From assembly GCA_964016885.1 (NCBI GenBank), contig OZ024743.1, positions 68,758,001-68,822,000 on the forward strand: a DNA stretch of 64,000 nucleotides. The letters are read 5' to 3'. The notes beneath the pieces were generated by a model. The model was given only the letters and a program-made list of their open reading frames with translations. It ran no database searches and had not been told where the DNA came from. The position numbers and the translations under genes are program-made. Source of the DNA: Eledone cirrhosa (taxonomy: Eukaryota). Below are positions 42,936 through 56,900 of this stretch, piece after piece. How positions within the stretch are numbered: position 1 is the first letter of the stretch; each line of letters begins with the position of its first letter.

Positions 42936-44760
42936 TCGGTTTAGTAGATAAGTGCAGCTATAACTATACAGAAAAGAAGTGCTGATAGTACATCCCTCTG
43001 CTCAACTGCCTTTAAGATGTCTATAGAGCGTATAGTTCCAAGTCTGTTTTGATATATGCTGTTGAGTTGGTGTAAGTTTCTTTCAATATGTTGATGTACT
43101 TTTGTGTTAATTGATGTCTTGATTAAGAGTTTCCACAAGCTGGGTAGTTTCACGTTGTCAACAGCTTTTGTGAAATCAATGAAGGTGATGTGCACAGGGT
43201 TGTTGAATTCTATTGAATTCTCAATGATTTGTTCAATAGATAGGATCTGCACAATGGTGACTCTTCCAGGTTGATACGCAGCTTGTGTTTCAGGAAATGA
43301 GGTGTAAAGTTCTGACTTCACTCGTGCTGCAATGATACTCATAAAAACCTTGTAAACCTGACTCAGTTAGCTGAACGGACGATTGTTCCCACAATCGTCT
43401 GCTACCTTTTTTGTAGAGTGCAACTATCAATGCCTTCTTTAACATGTCTGGACTTTTTCCTGTAGAGATAATACAGTTAAAGAGGTGTTGAAGTGCTTTG
43501 ATAACTGGCCCACCTCCAGCTTTGATGAATTCTGAGTACATGATGTCCAGTCCAGGGCTCGCTTCAAATTTTTGATGACATGATATATCTCGCTAGTTAA
43601 GATAGATGGAATGGCATCTGATGTCGAATCGTGAATGGTTGTTTGTTCTGAGTTGCTGAAGTGCAGTTCTTTATAGAATTTAGCCCAGCGTTCAACGATA
43701 TCATCTTTGAAAGTAAGGATAGTATCGTTTGAATCTTTAATACCCCAAATAAGATTTCTTGGTTTAGTCTTTAGTTTCTTCAGAACAACATGGTATAACC
43801 TGTTGGGTGCTAGGTTATTCAGCTCCTCAATGTTGTTGTACATTTGCTTAAGTTTGTCTGATTCAATGAATTTTTTGGATTCAGCCTTTGCTATTCTATA
43901 TTGGGTTGGTTTGTGGACACATTCGATTCTGATTCAATGTTTTTCAGATATTGCTTTGTTTGTTTGTTATGACGTCCACTATGGGATGGAAAGGCTTTCC
44001 TTAGGTAAAATCATCTGGCCATCATGAGTAACTCTAGAACTGATATGTAAGAATATCTGAATATTCTGGGCAAACATTCGCTGGAGGCTGGCATACACAT
44101 CAACATCTCCAAAACAAAGTGTATGACAACTGATAAAAACAATGCCAATCTCCACCTCACAATCTACAACATGCACATTGCTCAAGTTACAGAGTTTATA
44201 TATCTTGGCCACAAACTATCATTAAACAACAATGGAATGGTTGCTTTGTTGCACAATATCGAATCGCTGTAGGTTGGGCAGCTTTGAACAAGTAAAAGAA
44301 AGTACTAACATCAAAACGAGTATCCTTTCATTTTCAAGGCTAAGATCTTTGATACTTACATTCTACCAGTTGTGTTATATGGTCTTGTTAATTGGACGAC
44401 AAGATCACTTCAGATGCTCTCTACATTCCAGAGCCACAACATGAGATTTATGACTGGCAAGCCGCTCAGTGACCATATCTGTATCAAACTTAGTGACCAT
44501 ATCTGCATCAAACTTAGCCCAATTACATCAATTGTCAAGTCAAGAGTACTCAAAGTATACGGTCATATATAAAGATTAACTCGTGGTGGGAGTAGGTTAT
44601 GCTTGGAAGGAAGGTTGGCTGGTAAGTGAAGCAGAGGCCAGCAGCCAAAACGATGGCTTGGCAATGTCAATTTATGGACTGCACTTGATATTTGCTACAT
44701 GAACTCTGCTGCTGGTGATCGAAATTTGTTAATGCGCAGTTTGCAACTGGTGGACGTTAG
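42936..44760. mobile_element. RTE-clade LINE pseudogene with a 5' inversion (minus 43990->42936, plus 44000->44760)
   Basis: Minus: ALIVALYKKG, ETQAAYQPGR, ITFIDFTKAVDNV, VEQRDVLSALLF. Plus: GIHINISKTKCM, VTEFIYLGH, VLKVYGHI, RGQQPKRW. Confidence 0.85.
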
Positions 44761-45252
44761 CGTCACAAGAAGATATAGTGATACAAATGCAGGCATTCCT
44801 AATTTTCAAGGTTCATTTATTGTAAGCAAACAAAGGGTTTTCATTAAGTGGCTATAATAAATGATGGAGAGACCTGCAAAAATGGTCAAGTGTCTACAAT
44901 CACCACCCCTCCCCCACACACACATAAACCACACATATATATATAAAAAACACACTCTTATACCTATATATGTATATAGAACATTAGTCTACGACCTCTT
45001 TTATACCATAAACGTGGTTTTGTCTTTGCGCGTAATTGTTTTTCACCGCTCCTATTAATGACGTATTATTCGTTTTTTCCCGTTCTTTGCAAGCGAACGT
45101 TACCACGAACCAATGTATCGTCTTCCTGTCTTCCTCCGGTTGCAACGTTTTTTTAAATATCCAGTTCTGCGTTTACAGATTGACTTTGTTAGTTTCAGAA
45201 GATCCCGTTAAGGGTGAAAGCAGCGATTCTTTGCTTAAACTTTAATCTGTTA

Positions 45253-45328
<76 letters not shown>

Positions 45329-45341
45329 TATATATATACAG

Positions 45342-45380
<39 letters not shown>

Positions 45381-45447
45381 AAAGACGTAAAATAAGAAAA
45401 TACTTTTTTAAAAAATTTTAAAAAATTTTTTACTTACTTAAATTTTC

Positions 45448-45529
45448 ACTCCAACTAATTAGTTTCTGCAATGGGATGAAGACAGTTACGTAATCCAACT
45501 GTCAAGAATTCATTGCGTCATCAGGGAGT
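45448..45529 (-). ncRNA. Type I HHR with extended stem II; the tandem partner at 46001-46082 has GAAA->CAAA
   Basis: Reverse complement: actcc CTGATGA c gcaatg..gacagtt..aactgtc..cattgc a GAAA ctaattag TT ggagt. Confidence 0.85.
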
Positions 45530-46478
45530 CTATTCTCAGCTGAGTCTCCAGGCAATGCGCGGACACTGGCGGCTCATATAAAAATAATAATAATTCGGTA
45601 GATAGAACAGCTAGCGAGGACTGGATTCCATGTACTGAAATTGGCACTGCTTCTAGTCAAATGGCCGATTCTAAAGAATCAATCACGTGACACAGAGGCT
45701 AGTTAGAAGGAATCAGATGGTAAGATGACTGACGCCTACTAACACCCCCAAAAATTTAGAAGTGGTTTTGGCAGGTTTGCTCGACAAATCAGTGATTTGG
45801 AGATAAATATAGATAATTTAATATATCAACTAGCATAAGCGCACAGGTGCACGTCCATGCCAGCAAATACACAGGTTATGTCATAGTACCTAGGTGATTC
45901 AATGCAGGAGGATGCAGAACAATAATATAAAAGACGTAAAATAAGAAAATATTTTTTTAAAAAAAATTTTTAATTTTTTTACTTACTTACTTAAATTTTC
46001 ACTCCAACTAATTAGTTTGTGCAATGGGATAAAGACAGTTACGTAATCAAACTGTCGAGAATTCATTGCGTCATCAGGGAGTCTATTCTCAGCTGAGTCT
46101 CCAGGCAATGCGCGGACACTGGCGGCTCATATAAAAATAATAATAATTCGGTAGATAGAACAGCTAGCAAGGACTGGATTCCATGTACTGAAATTCTCAC
46201 TGCTTCTAGTCAAATGGCCGATTCTAAAGAATCAATCACGTGACACAGAGGCTAGTTAGAAGGAATGGGATGGTAAGATGACTGACGCCTACTAACACCC
46301 CAAAAAATTTAGATGTGTCACGTGATTGATTCTTTAGAATCGGCCATTTGACTAGAAGCAGTGAGAATTTCAGTACATGGAATCCAGTCCTCGCTAGCTG
46401 TTCTATCTACCGAATTATTATTATTTTTATATGAGCCGCCAGTGTCCGCGCATTGCCTGGAGACTCAGCTGAGAATAG

Positions 46479-46560
46479 ACTCCCTGATGACGCAATGAAT
46501 TCTCGACAGTTGGATTACGTAACTGTCTTTATCCCATTGCAGAAACTAATTAGTTGGAGT
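46479..46560 (+). ncRNA. Type I HHR with extended stem II; the tandem partner at 47029-47110 has CCGATGA
   Basis: actcc CTGATGA c gcaatg aattctc gacagtt ggattacgt aactgtc tttatcc cattgc a GAAA ctaattag TT ggagt. Confidence 0.85.
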
Positions 46561-47294
46561 GAAAATTTAAGTAAGTAAAAAAATTTTTTAAAATTTTTTT
46601 TAAAAATATTTTCTTATTTTACGTCTTTTATATTATTGTTCTGCATCCTCCTGCATTGAACCACCTAGGTACTATGACATAACCTGTGTATTTGCTGGCA
46701 TGGACGTGCACCTGTGCGCTTATGCTAGTTGATATATTAAATTATCTATATTTATCTCCAAATTACTGATTTGTCGAGCAAACCTGCCAAAACCACTTCT
46801 AAATTTTTTGGGGTGTTAGTAAGCGTCAGTCATCTTACCATCCCATTCCTTCTAACTAGCCTCTGTGTCACGTGATTGATTCTTTAGAATCGGCCATTTG
46901 ACTAGAAGCAGTGAGAATTTCAGTACATGGAATCCAGTCCTCGCTAGCTGTTCTATCTAGCGAATTATTATTATTTTTATATGAGCCGCCAGTGTCCGCG
47001 CATTGCCTGGAGACTCAGCTGAGAATAGACTCCCCGATGACGCAATGAATTCTTGACAGTTGGATTACGTAACTGTCTTTATCCCATTGCAGAAACTAAT
47101 TAGTTGGACTGAAAATTTAAGTAAGTAAAAAAATTAAAAAAAATTTTTTTTTTAAATATTTTCTTATTTTACGTCTTTTATATTATTGTTCTGCATCCTC
47201 CTGCATTGAACCACCTAGGTACTATGACATAACCTGTGTACTTGCTGGCATGGACGTGCACCTGTGCGCTTATGCTAGTTGATATATTAAATTA

Positions 47295-47575
<281 letters not shown>

Positions 47576-47780
47576 ATATTTGGGGAGGGTCATATTTGCG
47601 TAATATTGCCAGAATTAATAACAGAACACACTCACTGTTTGGTTGGTTTTCGCTTCTCGCTGTCTTTTATATATATATATCTGCGATCTAACTTACTCGG
47701 TCCTCAATGTTGCCATTGACTGACCGGCGGTCAAAAATAATACAGATACAATATAGACAAACACATATATATATAGTTTA

Positions 47781-47820
47781 CATAAATCTTTCGTTGCACA
47801 TCTGCAACATCGTCAGTGGT
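47781..47820 (-). ncRNA. pLTR HHR-like motif of the PLE; inverted copy at 50784-50823(+)
   Basis: Reverse complement: acca CTGACGA t gttgca-gatg-tgcaac GAAA gatt TA tg; stem I only ~2 bp. Confidence 0.6.
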
Positions 47821-48098
47821 GTTATATTCATTGTTCCTCCTGTTGTGTTGTATGTCTACGCCATTTTTTTTGTTCAGTCTGTCTATATATTTATTTATTT
47901 ATTTGCTTGTTTGTTTATCTTATTTTATTTTATTTTTTTTTGTCTTCTTTGCGCATGCGTTTGCGTGTGTGTATAGTGTTATGTGTGATGTGTGACTAGT
48001 GTGTATAGTGTTGTGTCTGCTGGGTGACTAGTGTGTGTTTATGTGCTTGTGTATGTATTTATTTATCTTATTTTATTTAATTTAATTTACTTATTTAT

Positions 48099-50120
48099 TT
48101 ATACTTCTCTTAGGTCAGTGTTGTTTGTTTGGGTGTTGTTGTTGTTCCACTCATTCTTTCTGTTTAGCTTTGGTCTTCTAATTTCTATTTCACTGGCCTC
48201 TCTGATTTGCCTATCTGCTGGGTCATTCCTATGTTTAGATATTATTCTAATTTCTATGTTGTCTATGTTACCGTCATGATGTTGTCTAGCATGTTCGTAT
48301 AGTACTGACCCGTTTTTTCGTCCTTTTAGTTCCCCCCAGTGTTGGTCTATCCTTTCACCTATGCTACGAGCTGTCTCACCTATGTATGTTGTTGTCGTGT
48401 TTCTGCAAGTACCCTCTGTACATCTTATGCTATAGACTACGTTTCTAGTTTTACAGTTTATCCGGGGGTTCACCTTACATATGATACATTTCCTATTGGT
48501 ACAGTGGGTTTTCTTAAAAGGGTAGGTTTTGCTGATCAGGGATTTTATGGTGGTTCCTGGCTTTTCTACCACCTTTATTTTTAAGTGGGTCTTTCTCAGG
48601 GCCTTTCTACACTGGTTAGCTAATTTCCCTCCAGGGGTGGCGTCCACAAACATGACACTCTGATATCTCTGGTTGTCGTACCATGATGTGGCCTTCCCTA
48701 TCTTATGTCTAGCCCTATCTAAGCTATTCCATGATTTGCTCCTGTATAGTGGGCAAATTCCTTTCATGTCCAGTTCTATGAGGGTCTTATACTTTTCCAT
48801 GGCTCCTTCGTATACTCTGACTCTGTCTCTTTGGTTGTAGCCAGAGAACTGCATGCGGTTGATGAAGTGTTGGATGTGTCCTTCCATTTCTGTTGGGTCG
48901 CACATGCTGGACACATTCTTCATAACTCGTACCATATCTGCGATCAGAATATTAAACTTAGCACTACTGGACATTGCTGAGTTTTTGAGTATCAGGTATT
49001 TGGAGGCCATGGGTTTAGCATAGTGTGAGTGGAGAATTTGGGCTCTCTCGTCTATAGTGTTAATCCAGAGTTCTGTGTCTAATACAGGTAGTCTATTGTT
49101 AGGGTGTTTGGAAGGGAAGTCTATAGTTACAGTTATACTCTGGTGTATGGAATTAGCTATCTGCTGGATGCTTTCCATCGTGCTACGTTCTAAATCAAAC
49201 TTGTTAGTGCTCTCTAGTGGGGGTGTTCTTATAACTATATTGATATCGTCTACATAACGAGAGTACATGATGAGGTCTATGGAGCTTTCATTAAGGAGAT
49301 CTTTAAGTCTCCTTTCCCACCATACCATGAAAAGGTTGGCAACATCGCCAGCTATGCTGACGCCGATGGCTGCTCCCTCATTTTGGGTGTAGATTTTCTC
49401 ATTGAACTTAAATATGTGGCCCTTTAGGGTAGTTTTGATACTAGCCCCTATTGCATGTGCGACCATTTTTCTTACCTGATCAGTGTTTTGGGGGGTCCGT
49501 ATAGCTTTGGTCCACCCAATCCACCTTCCTATGGGAGTGTTTTTAGCCATTGAGGTTATGGTGGGGGGTCTACCTCTTATAGGTCTACTAGGGCAGAAAC
49601 ATCTAAGGTCATGGCTGTCTAGGTAGTCAGTGTCGTAGGTAAGTCTAAGTAAGAGGCCCAGTTCGTCTGTGTCGACGTCGCAGAACTCCACCTCACTCTC
49701 AATGATCATCTCCACACATCTTTTCACAGCAAAATCAATGTTAATGGATGGGTACAGTGACACCACATCCATGCTGCCTATTATGCAGTTGGATAGGCTC
49801 CTGTTTTTGTTGCACTCACTGATTCTGCTGAGGAGGTCCTCTGTACTTTCACATACATCTGGGGACATCTTGATTATGGGGCGTATAACCATTGAGAGGA
49901 AGTAGGAGATCCTGTAGTTGCTAGCTATATTAGCTCCGCATACAGGTCTTGTTGGTGGTCCTATTGTCGGGTCGTCGACTGTCTTGTGGTCTTTGCGGAG
50001 CCCATACAAGGGTGGTATGCCATTGTTAGACGCCTGGAAGTTGTTGGCAGTGCGTCTGCTTGGCTTTAGGATGTCAGTCCACATCATCATGTGAGCGTTG
50101 AGGATTTTTTTCTCTCCCAT
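48099..50120 (-). CDS. PLE reverse transcriptase plus GIY-YIG endonuclease (673 aa; continues upstream to ~50682 through a 1-nt frameshift at T7, 50105-50111)
   Basis: LYGLRKDHK, PPTRPV, GSMDVVSLYPSI, QNEGAAIG, YSRYVDD, LPVLD, Cys linker CTNRKCIIC..C, NVVYSIRC..YIGET..R..H..H..E; the upstream frame has VVCLPTDKSGRM. Confidence 0.93.
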   Translation of the reverse strand: MGEKKILNAHMMMWTDILKPSRRTANNFQASNNGIPPLYGLRKDHKTVDDPTIGPPTRPVCGANIASNYRISYFLSMVIRPIIKMSPDVCESTEDLLSRISECNKNRSLSNCIIGSMDVVSLYPSINIDFAVKRCVEMIIESEVEFCDVDTDELGLLLRLTYDTDYLDSHDLRCFCPSRPIRGRPPTITSMAKNTPIGRWIGWTKAIRTPQNTDQVRKMVAHAIGASIKTTLKGHIFKFNEKIYTQNEGAAIGVSIAGDVANLFMVWWERRLKDLLNESSIDLIMYSRYVDDINIVIRTPPLESTNKFDLERSTMESIQQIANSIHQSITVTIDFPSKHPNNRLPVLDTELWINTIDERAQILHSHYAKPMASKYLILKNSAMSSSAKFNILIADMVRVMKNVSSMCDPTEMEGHIQHFINRMQFSGYNQRDRVRVYEGAMEKYKTLIELDMKGICPLYRSKSWNSLDRARHKIGKATSWYDNQRYQSVMFVDATPGGKLANQCRKALRKTHLKIKVVEKPGTTIKSLISKTYPFKKTHCTNRKCIICKVNPRINCKTRNVVYSIRCTEGTCRNTTTTYIGETARSIGERIDQHWGELKGRKNGSVLYEHARQHHDGNIDNIEIRIISKHRNDPADRQIREASEIEIRRPKLNRKNEWNNNNTQTNNTDLREV

Positions 50121-51090
50121 CGTGTGTTAGTTGTGCAACTTCGCTCGTGTTGGTGATGTGGGGTTGCATTGCCTCGATGTAGTTCGGCATGCTATCTATT
50201 GACATCCTACCAGACTTATCTGTGGGTAGACACACTACCTCACCATCCCTTGTGCGCTGCTTGAGGCTAACCAAGCCTTCTACAGGTTTTATCCCAAGTT
50301 GTTGGGCCTCTGGTCTGCTCTGTCTCATAGTGTACCTGTCTACTACTTGTCTAATCTTATTTCTAGCTATGGTGAACTGTGCCTCCGTCTCGTCATCTAT
50401 TTGTTGTGGTATGCAAACTCTTTTATTAAAGGGTAACCTCGTAGGATAGATATTACCCATCTTATATGTTTTGTCAGCTGGGTTGAAAAATAGTTTCTCT
50501 AAGGGGTTGTCGTTATTTCTATCGTCATAGTTGTGTGTGTTGCTATTATTGTTATCATGGTGGTTGTTGTTGTTTCTATCCTTAGCATTAATATTATTAT
50601 TGTTATGATTGCTAGATGTATTGTTGTTTACTTCACCGTTATTGTTGTTGTTACTGCTATTTCTACCATTGTGGTTGTTACTAGCAAATAAATAAATAAA
50701 TATATAGACAGACTGAACAAAAAAAATGGCGTAGACATACAACACAACAGGAGGAACAATGAAGGAGGAACAATGAATATAACACCACTGACGATGTTGC
50801 AGATGTGCAACGAAAGATTTATGTAAACTATATATATATGTGTTTGTCTATATTGTATCTGTATTATTTTTGACCGCCGGTCAGTCAATGGCAACATTGA
50901 GGACCGAGTAAGTTAGATCGCAGATATATATATATAAAAGACAGCGAGAAGCGAAAACCAACCAAACAGTGAGTGTGTTCTGTTATTAATTCTGGCAATA
51001 TTACGCAAATATGACCCTCCCCAAATATAACAATATCTGTTTCGACACACGATTTCATATAAAAAACCTCGCAAAACTAATTCATCGCCG

Positions 51091-51355
<265 letters not shown>

Positions 51356-51577
51356 TCGTTTCTGAATTTGTTTAGCAAGATTGTTTATCTGAAATCGTGT
51401 GTTGAAACCGATATTGTTATACTTTGGGAGGGTCATGTTGCCAATAAGAAACACACGCACCAGTTGCTTTCACTTCAATTTAATTTATTAAATATTTATA
51501 AGTTTACAAATTTATAAATTTATAAATTTCTGGTTGGTTGGTTGGTTCCACAACCAGATAGTTGTTTATATATATAT

Positions 51578-51622
51578 AGTCATAGTTCTTTCGTCACACA
51601 CTCTGTGACCTCTTCAGTGACT
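51578..51622 (-). ncRNA. Minimal type I HHR in a sister-family pLTR fragment (51353-51730)
   Basis: Reverse complement: agtca CTGAAGA g gtcaca-gagtg-tgtgac GAAA gaac TA tgact. Confidence 0.8.
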
Positions 51623-51741
51623 GGGGATTTCTTTCTTCGTTTCTGTGCCTTTCCTTTCTTCTATCCTACGCCATTTTTCATGGCATGTGTTTCTTATTGG
51701 CAACATGACCCTCCCAAAGTATAACAATATATATATATGTA

Positions 51742-51818
<77 letters not shown>

Positions 51819-51819
51819 G

Positions 51820-51895
<76 letters not shown>

Positions 51896-51897
51896 CA

Positions 51898-52080
51898 GCG
51901 TGTGGCTGAGTGGTTAGAGAATTGGATCCGCAATCGTAAGGTTGTGAGTTCGATTCCTGGACCAGGCGATGCGTTATGTGCTTGAGCAAGTCACATTATT
52001 TCACGTTGCTGCTTCTACCTGGAGTTGCGACCGATAGATAGTATTAGCAATTGGAAAGACCAACGGAAAAATTGTTCCCT
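51898..52080 (+). mobile_element. tRNA-derived SINE (second family)
   Basis: gtggctgagtggttag (A box)...gagttcgattcc (B box)...tgtgcttgagcaagtcacatt. Confidence 0.8.
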
Positions 52081-52206
52081 CGGTCCGATTTGACGAAAGT
52101 CGATCGTCTTCCTCTATATATATGTACATATATATATGTAGATATATATATGTACATATATATATATGTACATCTATATATGTACATATATATATGTATA
52201 TATTCA

Positions 52207-53003
52207 TGTTTCCACACTTTACGTTGCCTCACCATTCTTGTTTGTTTACATGTCTCTTTTTCTCCACCCAATTCTTTTTATCCTAAAAACTTATTTTAGT
52301 TATTGTTTGCGGTGGCCTAAGGTATCTGATCTTTAATGCGAAGAAATACCTATGATGGCCAGAAAATCACTGATGATGGATAGTCCTGGCTTCTTGCTCT
52401 ATTGTTTAATTCATATGTATCACATTCGCAACAACGCAGCACACCATTTTTTATTCCTATATTTTTTCCCTTCGCTGTGACCTGTCTTTTTCTCTTCCAT
52501 TACTGCTATCCTCTTTCTCTGTCCCTCTTCTCTCTCCTTGTATCTCTTAGTTTCATTCACCCTCTCTTGGCTAGCCTCTTCCTCACACTTTCACTCACTC
52601 ACTCGCTGCTACTCACCCTCTCTCACTTCCTCCCGTCTGACCCGTGTGAAATTCTTTTCTCGCTCACATTTCGCATGGCTTGGATGCGTCTTTCGTCTTC
52701 TCGTCAATGATTCGCTAGATCTTATGTTCACATGTATCACTGACTTGTTTTCTCATTTTTCCACTCTTTACGTTGCCTCACCATTCTTGTTTGTTTACAT
52801 GTCTCTCTTTCTCCACCCAAATCTTTTTATCCCAATAACTTATTTTAGTTATTGTTCGCGCTGGCCTGAGGTATCTGGTCTTTAATGCGAAGAAATAACT
52901 GTGATGGCCAGACGATCACTGATGTTGCATAGTCCTGGTTTTTTGCTCGATTTTTTAATTCATATGTATCACATTCGCAACAAAGCAGCACGGCATTTTC
53001 ACT
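52207..53003 (+). mobile_element. ~550-nt tandem (1.45x) copy of the 8340-9215 family
   Basis: Direct repeat at 52210/52758; reverse complement of the 8340 family. Confidence 0.8.
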
Positions 53004-53024
53004 CATATATATATATATATATAT

Positions 53025-53185
53025 AACATGGACGGAGGTGGTGAGGGCGGACCTCAGATCGCTAAAGTTCATGGAGGAGATGACGAAGGACCGTGACACG
53101 TGGAGAGATGCTGTGCTGAATAGGACCTGTCCCACCCTTGCAAGCAGGGAAAAGCGGACGTAAAATGATGATGATGATGATGATA
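53025..53185 (+). mobile_element. RTE LINE 3' end with a (GAT)n tail
   Basis: TWTEVVRADLRSLKFMEEMTKDRDTWRDAVL followed by atgatgatgatg. Confidence 0.8.
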
Positions 53186-53936
53186 TGTATATATATATAC
53201 GTATATATATGTGTGTGTGTCTCTCTCTTTGTGTCTGTATGTGATTGTGCTTGTGTGTTTGAGTGTGTGTGTGTGTGTATGTGTATATGTGTGTGTGTGT
53301 GTGTGTGCGTGTCTGTGTGTGTGTGTCTGTCTGCCTGTCTGTGTGTGTGTTTATGTGTGGTTGCAGGCTGAGAGAAAAGAGTATACGATACCGGAGTAGA
53401 GTCATAATACTCATTTCATTAAGGCCAAATAGTGAGTCTTGTTAATCTAGTGTTTCGCCTGTTTATCAAAGGATCATTAGCTGCTTCCTTAAAGCATCAT
53501 TTAATTTTCCTATATGCAATTAATATAAGTTACTCAATACATCAGGCAAAGAGTGTAGTTGCATGTTAATGCATAAAAAGAATATTCCGTCGATCAGGAA
53601 AGTTTAATTAATCATCGTGTAAACTGACGGAGTTTCATCATCTATTAATCGTGGAACTATGACGTCAGTTATTTCGCCTTCGCATGAGAAATATAAACAT
53701 TTACATCATGTCATCACCATATAAGCTTAAAAAGCTTTCGTTAACTCCAGCTGTCTCTGTATAACGTATTCAGCAGAGAACTTTTGGTCATTCAGAAATA
53801 TATGATTTACTGTCGAGCCTCTTCTTGTTGATGCGAAAAAGATAACCACTTGTTATTTGCAAAGAAATAAATGACAGAGGATTTAATACCTAATTTCACA
53901 GACGAGAAGACTGTCATTATTCTTGGTTTAAATGGA

Positions 53937-56900
53937 AAATACAGATGCAAAAGATATTGCTAACAATTAGTCTTTTACCTTAAATTTATTTGAATATCCT
54001 TAATTTTCGAGATAATACTTCTTCTTCGGAGGGAAGTAAAGGGGTTAATCCAGTGTTCTAATTAGCTTGCCAAGTCATGCTGACAGGAAATAGTATAGAA
54101 ATTCCATTCTATTTCTAATGTCAAAGAGTGAAGGTCAGGTGGATAAAGGGTTGTCTCCCTTTAAAAGGGTGTGGATATGTGTGTCTAAGTGTGTGTGGGA
54201 GAAACGTGAAGATGTAAGCATGCGTGTGTGTGCGTGTGTGTGTGTGAGTGTGAGAGGATATATTTATATGTAAATGTGGGGGCTAGATGCTCTCTTATGT
54301 TAAAACTGGTCTATGTGTGTGTATGTCAGTGTGTGTGAGAGAATAAGTGAAGGTGTAAACGTGCGTGTGTGTATGTGTGAGATGGTACGTAGAGGAGTAA
54401 GTGTGAGGCTAAGTGCTCTATCATGTTAAAAATTGGGTATTGAGTTCCAGTCTGTTATTGAATTGATTGGTGATTGTATTTTGTCTTTAAATAATGCTTC
54501 TTTAATTATAATATTGCTGAGGTTTCTTTCTTTTGGTTCTATCCTTACTATTATAATTTTTGTCGGTGTATTTGCATTTCACTAGGTGTTTCTTAAATGA
54601 GGAAGTATTAGTGTTGAGGTGTTCTTCTATTCTAATGTGAAGTGGTCTGGTGGTGCTACCTATGTAGAAATTTCTATATTTTTTGCACTATAATCTGTAT
54701 ACGACATAAGCCTGGTGGCATAGGTTTGTGTCGTCGATGGGGCAGTTGGCTATCCTGCAGCGGCTGTCATGTCTGGTGGAGTGTCTTTTGGTTAGCTGTC
54801 CACGTAGAGAAGGAACTGAGTGGGCTAGATAGATATCTAGTCCCTCTCTTCTGATAGCTCTGCGGATGGCTGTTGTTGTTTCGTCACTGAAGTGTGGGAG
54901 TTCAGGAAGCAGGGGTTTGTGCCTCGGGTGTGGTGTCCTCTGTTGTTTCTGGCACGGTTCGCAGTGGATGTCGGGTATCCGTTCAGTTTAAGTACTTCCA
55001 GGAAATGTGTGGTGTGTGTGTCTCTGTCACTTGCGTCGGTGCATTTGTTCCGGATACGTGATAATTCGTTCCTTATGTATCCGAACTTAGCGCTGACTGG
55101 GAGGGCTGATCTGACATATACGAACAGGTCCCTGCTGGCAGCTTTTTTATAGAAGCAGGTGTGGATGTCGCGTTCCTCTCTTACTCTGAGTTGGAAGTCC
55201 AATAGGGATCGGGATCCGCGGTCATCGGGGTGTTCTATGCTGAACTATATATTGGCGTCTATGCTGGAGAATGTCGTGTATATGTTATCCTCTTCTTCAC
55301 GGGATGATGTAAGGTTGAGTAAGTCATCTACATATCGGGTGAAGAAGGTATAGGAATGGCAGGTGTTGAGAGCTCGGCATTCCAGCTGGTTCATATAAGT
55401 GATGGCCAGCAGGCCTTTTAGGCTGGATCCCATGGGTAATCCTGTTGTGTGTCTGTAGGTGGTGTGGTGGAAGGTGAAGTACGTGTTGTCCACTGTGAAG
55501 AACAAAAGCTGGTGTATGTCCGTCGGATGGAGGTCGTAGCAGTGGACGTCCTCTGAGACCACTCAGTCCGTCAATAAATCGACAGCTAGATCAGCAGGGA
55601 CTGTAGTGTAGAGGGAGACAACGTCGAGGCTAAAGGCGTATCTATTTAATTTAAGTTGTTCTGGCTGGAGTTGGTGTAGTCTACGTAATACCTCGTCAGA
55701 GCTACTGATATGCCCGGGTCAGGTGGATAGTAGGGGCTTGAGGACCTGGGAGATTTCGTATAGGGGCCCTTCTATGTTAGAGACGATGGGTCTTATTTGT
55801 GTCTTAGTACTATACTTGTGGATCTTGATAGAAAGTGGGCAGTCTGCTATTTCTAGTGGTGTAAATGAACTTAAATTTATTTGGTAGTTGTCTTCTACTA
55901 CAGATCTAGAACGAGATGGAGTTGGCCGGTTTTTCGATCTGGGCTGCAGTTATGTCTGGGACCTCTGTATACAGTTCGTTGTCGCTTAAGAGTTCAAAGG
56001 CTAGGTTGTTTTATGTGGCTTGAGAGATGACACAAAACTCTTTACCTTTGTCGGATGGTAAGTATATGAGTTCCTTATTCCGCAGGTACTTCAGGGCAAA
56101 TTGTTGCGTCCTGGAGAGGTTTGAGGCTATCTTCTTCTGTTTCCGTAAGATGTTAAATACGGAATGTTTTAGTCTCGAGAGATTTTCTTCCAGCTCACGG
56201 TTGACAGGCGGTCGACAGAGTGGGTGGCCAGTTGGTATATCTGGAATCTGGTTGTGTTAGATTCTGTGGTGCTGTTTCTGAGGACCGATATCCATTTTAG
56301 TTGGTAGGCGGCCCGACAGAAATTCATTTCTATGTTGACCCATAATTTGTCGTCCAGTTTCTGTTTCAATATGAACTTGGGAACCAGGCTGAGGAGGCCT
56401 AGTTCATCTCGGGAGAGGGATACTGTCAAGTGTGTGACGAGGTGTTTTGCGTCAAGAATATTGTTGGTCGGAGCGCCGCTAGGTTCGATGTTGGTACCGT
56501 CAGCAGGTACCTGTTCGTACATTTCAGATCAGCCCTCCTAGTCAGCGTTAAGTTCGGATACATAAGGAACGAACTAACTATCCGGAAGAAATGCACCGAC
56601 GCAAGAGACCGAGACACTCACACCACACATTTCCTGGAAGTACTTAAACTGAACGGATACCCGAGATCCACTGCGAACCGTGCCAGAAACAAAAGAGGAC
56701 ACCACACCCGAGGCACTAACACCTGCTTCCTGAAGCTCCCACACTCCAGTGACGAAACAACAACAGCCAACCGCAGAGCTATCAGATGAGAGGGACTAGA
56801 TATCCATCTAGCCCACTCAGGACCTTCTCTACGCGGACAGCTAACCAAAAGAAACTCCACCAGACATGACAGCCGCTGCAGACTAGCCAACTGCCCCATC

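Noticed and set aside
50100-50120. Programmed -1 frameshift at A AAA AAU
   Set aside because: The shift needed is +1; a homopolymer indel is the simpler explanation
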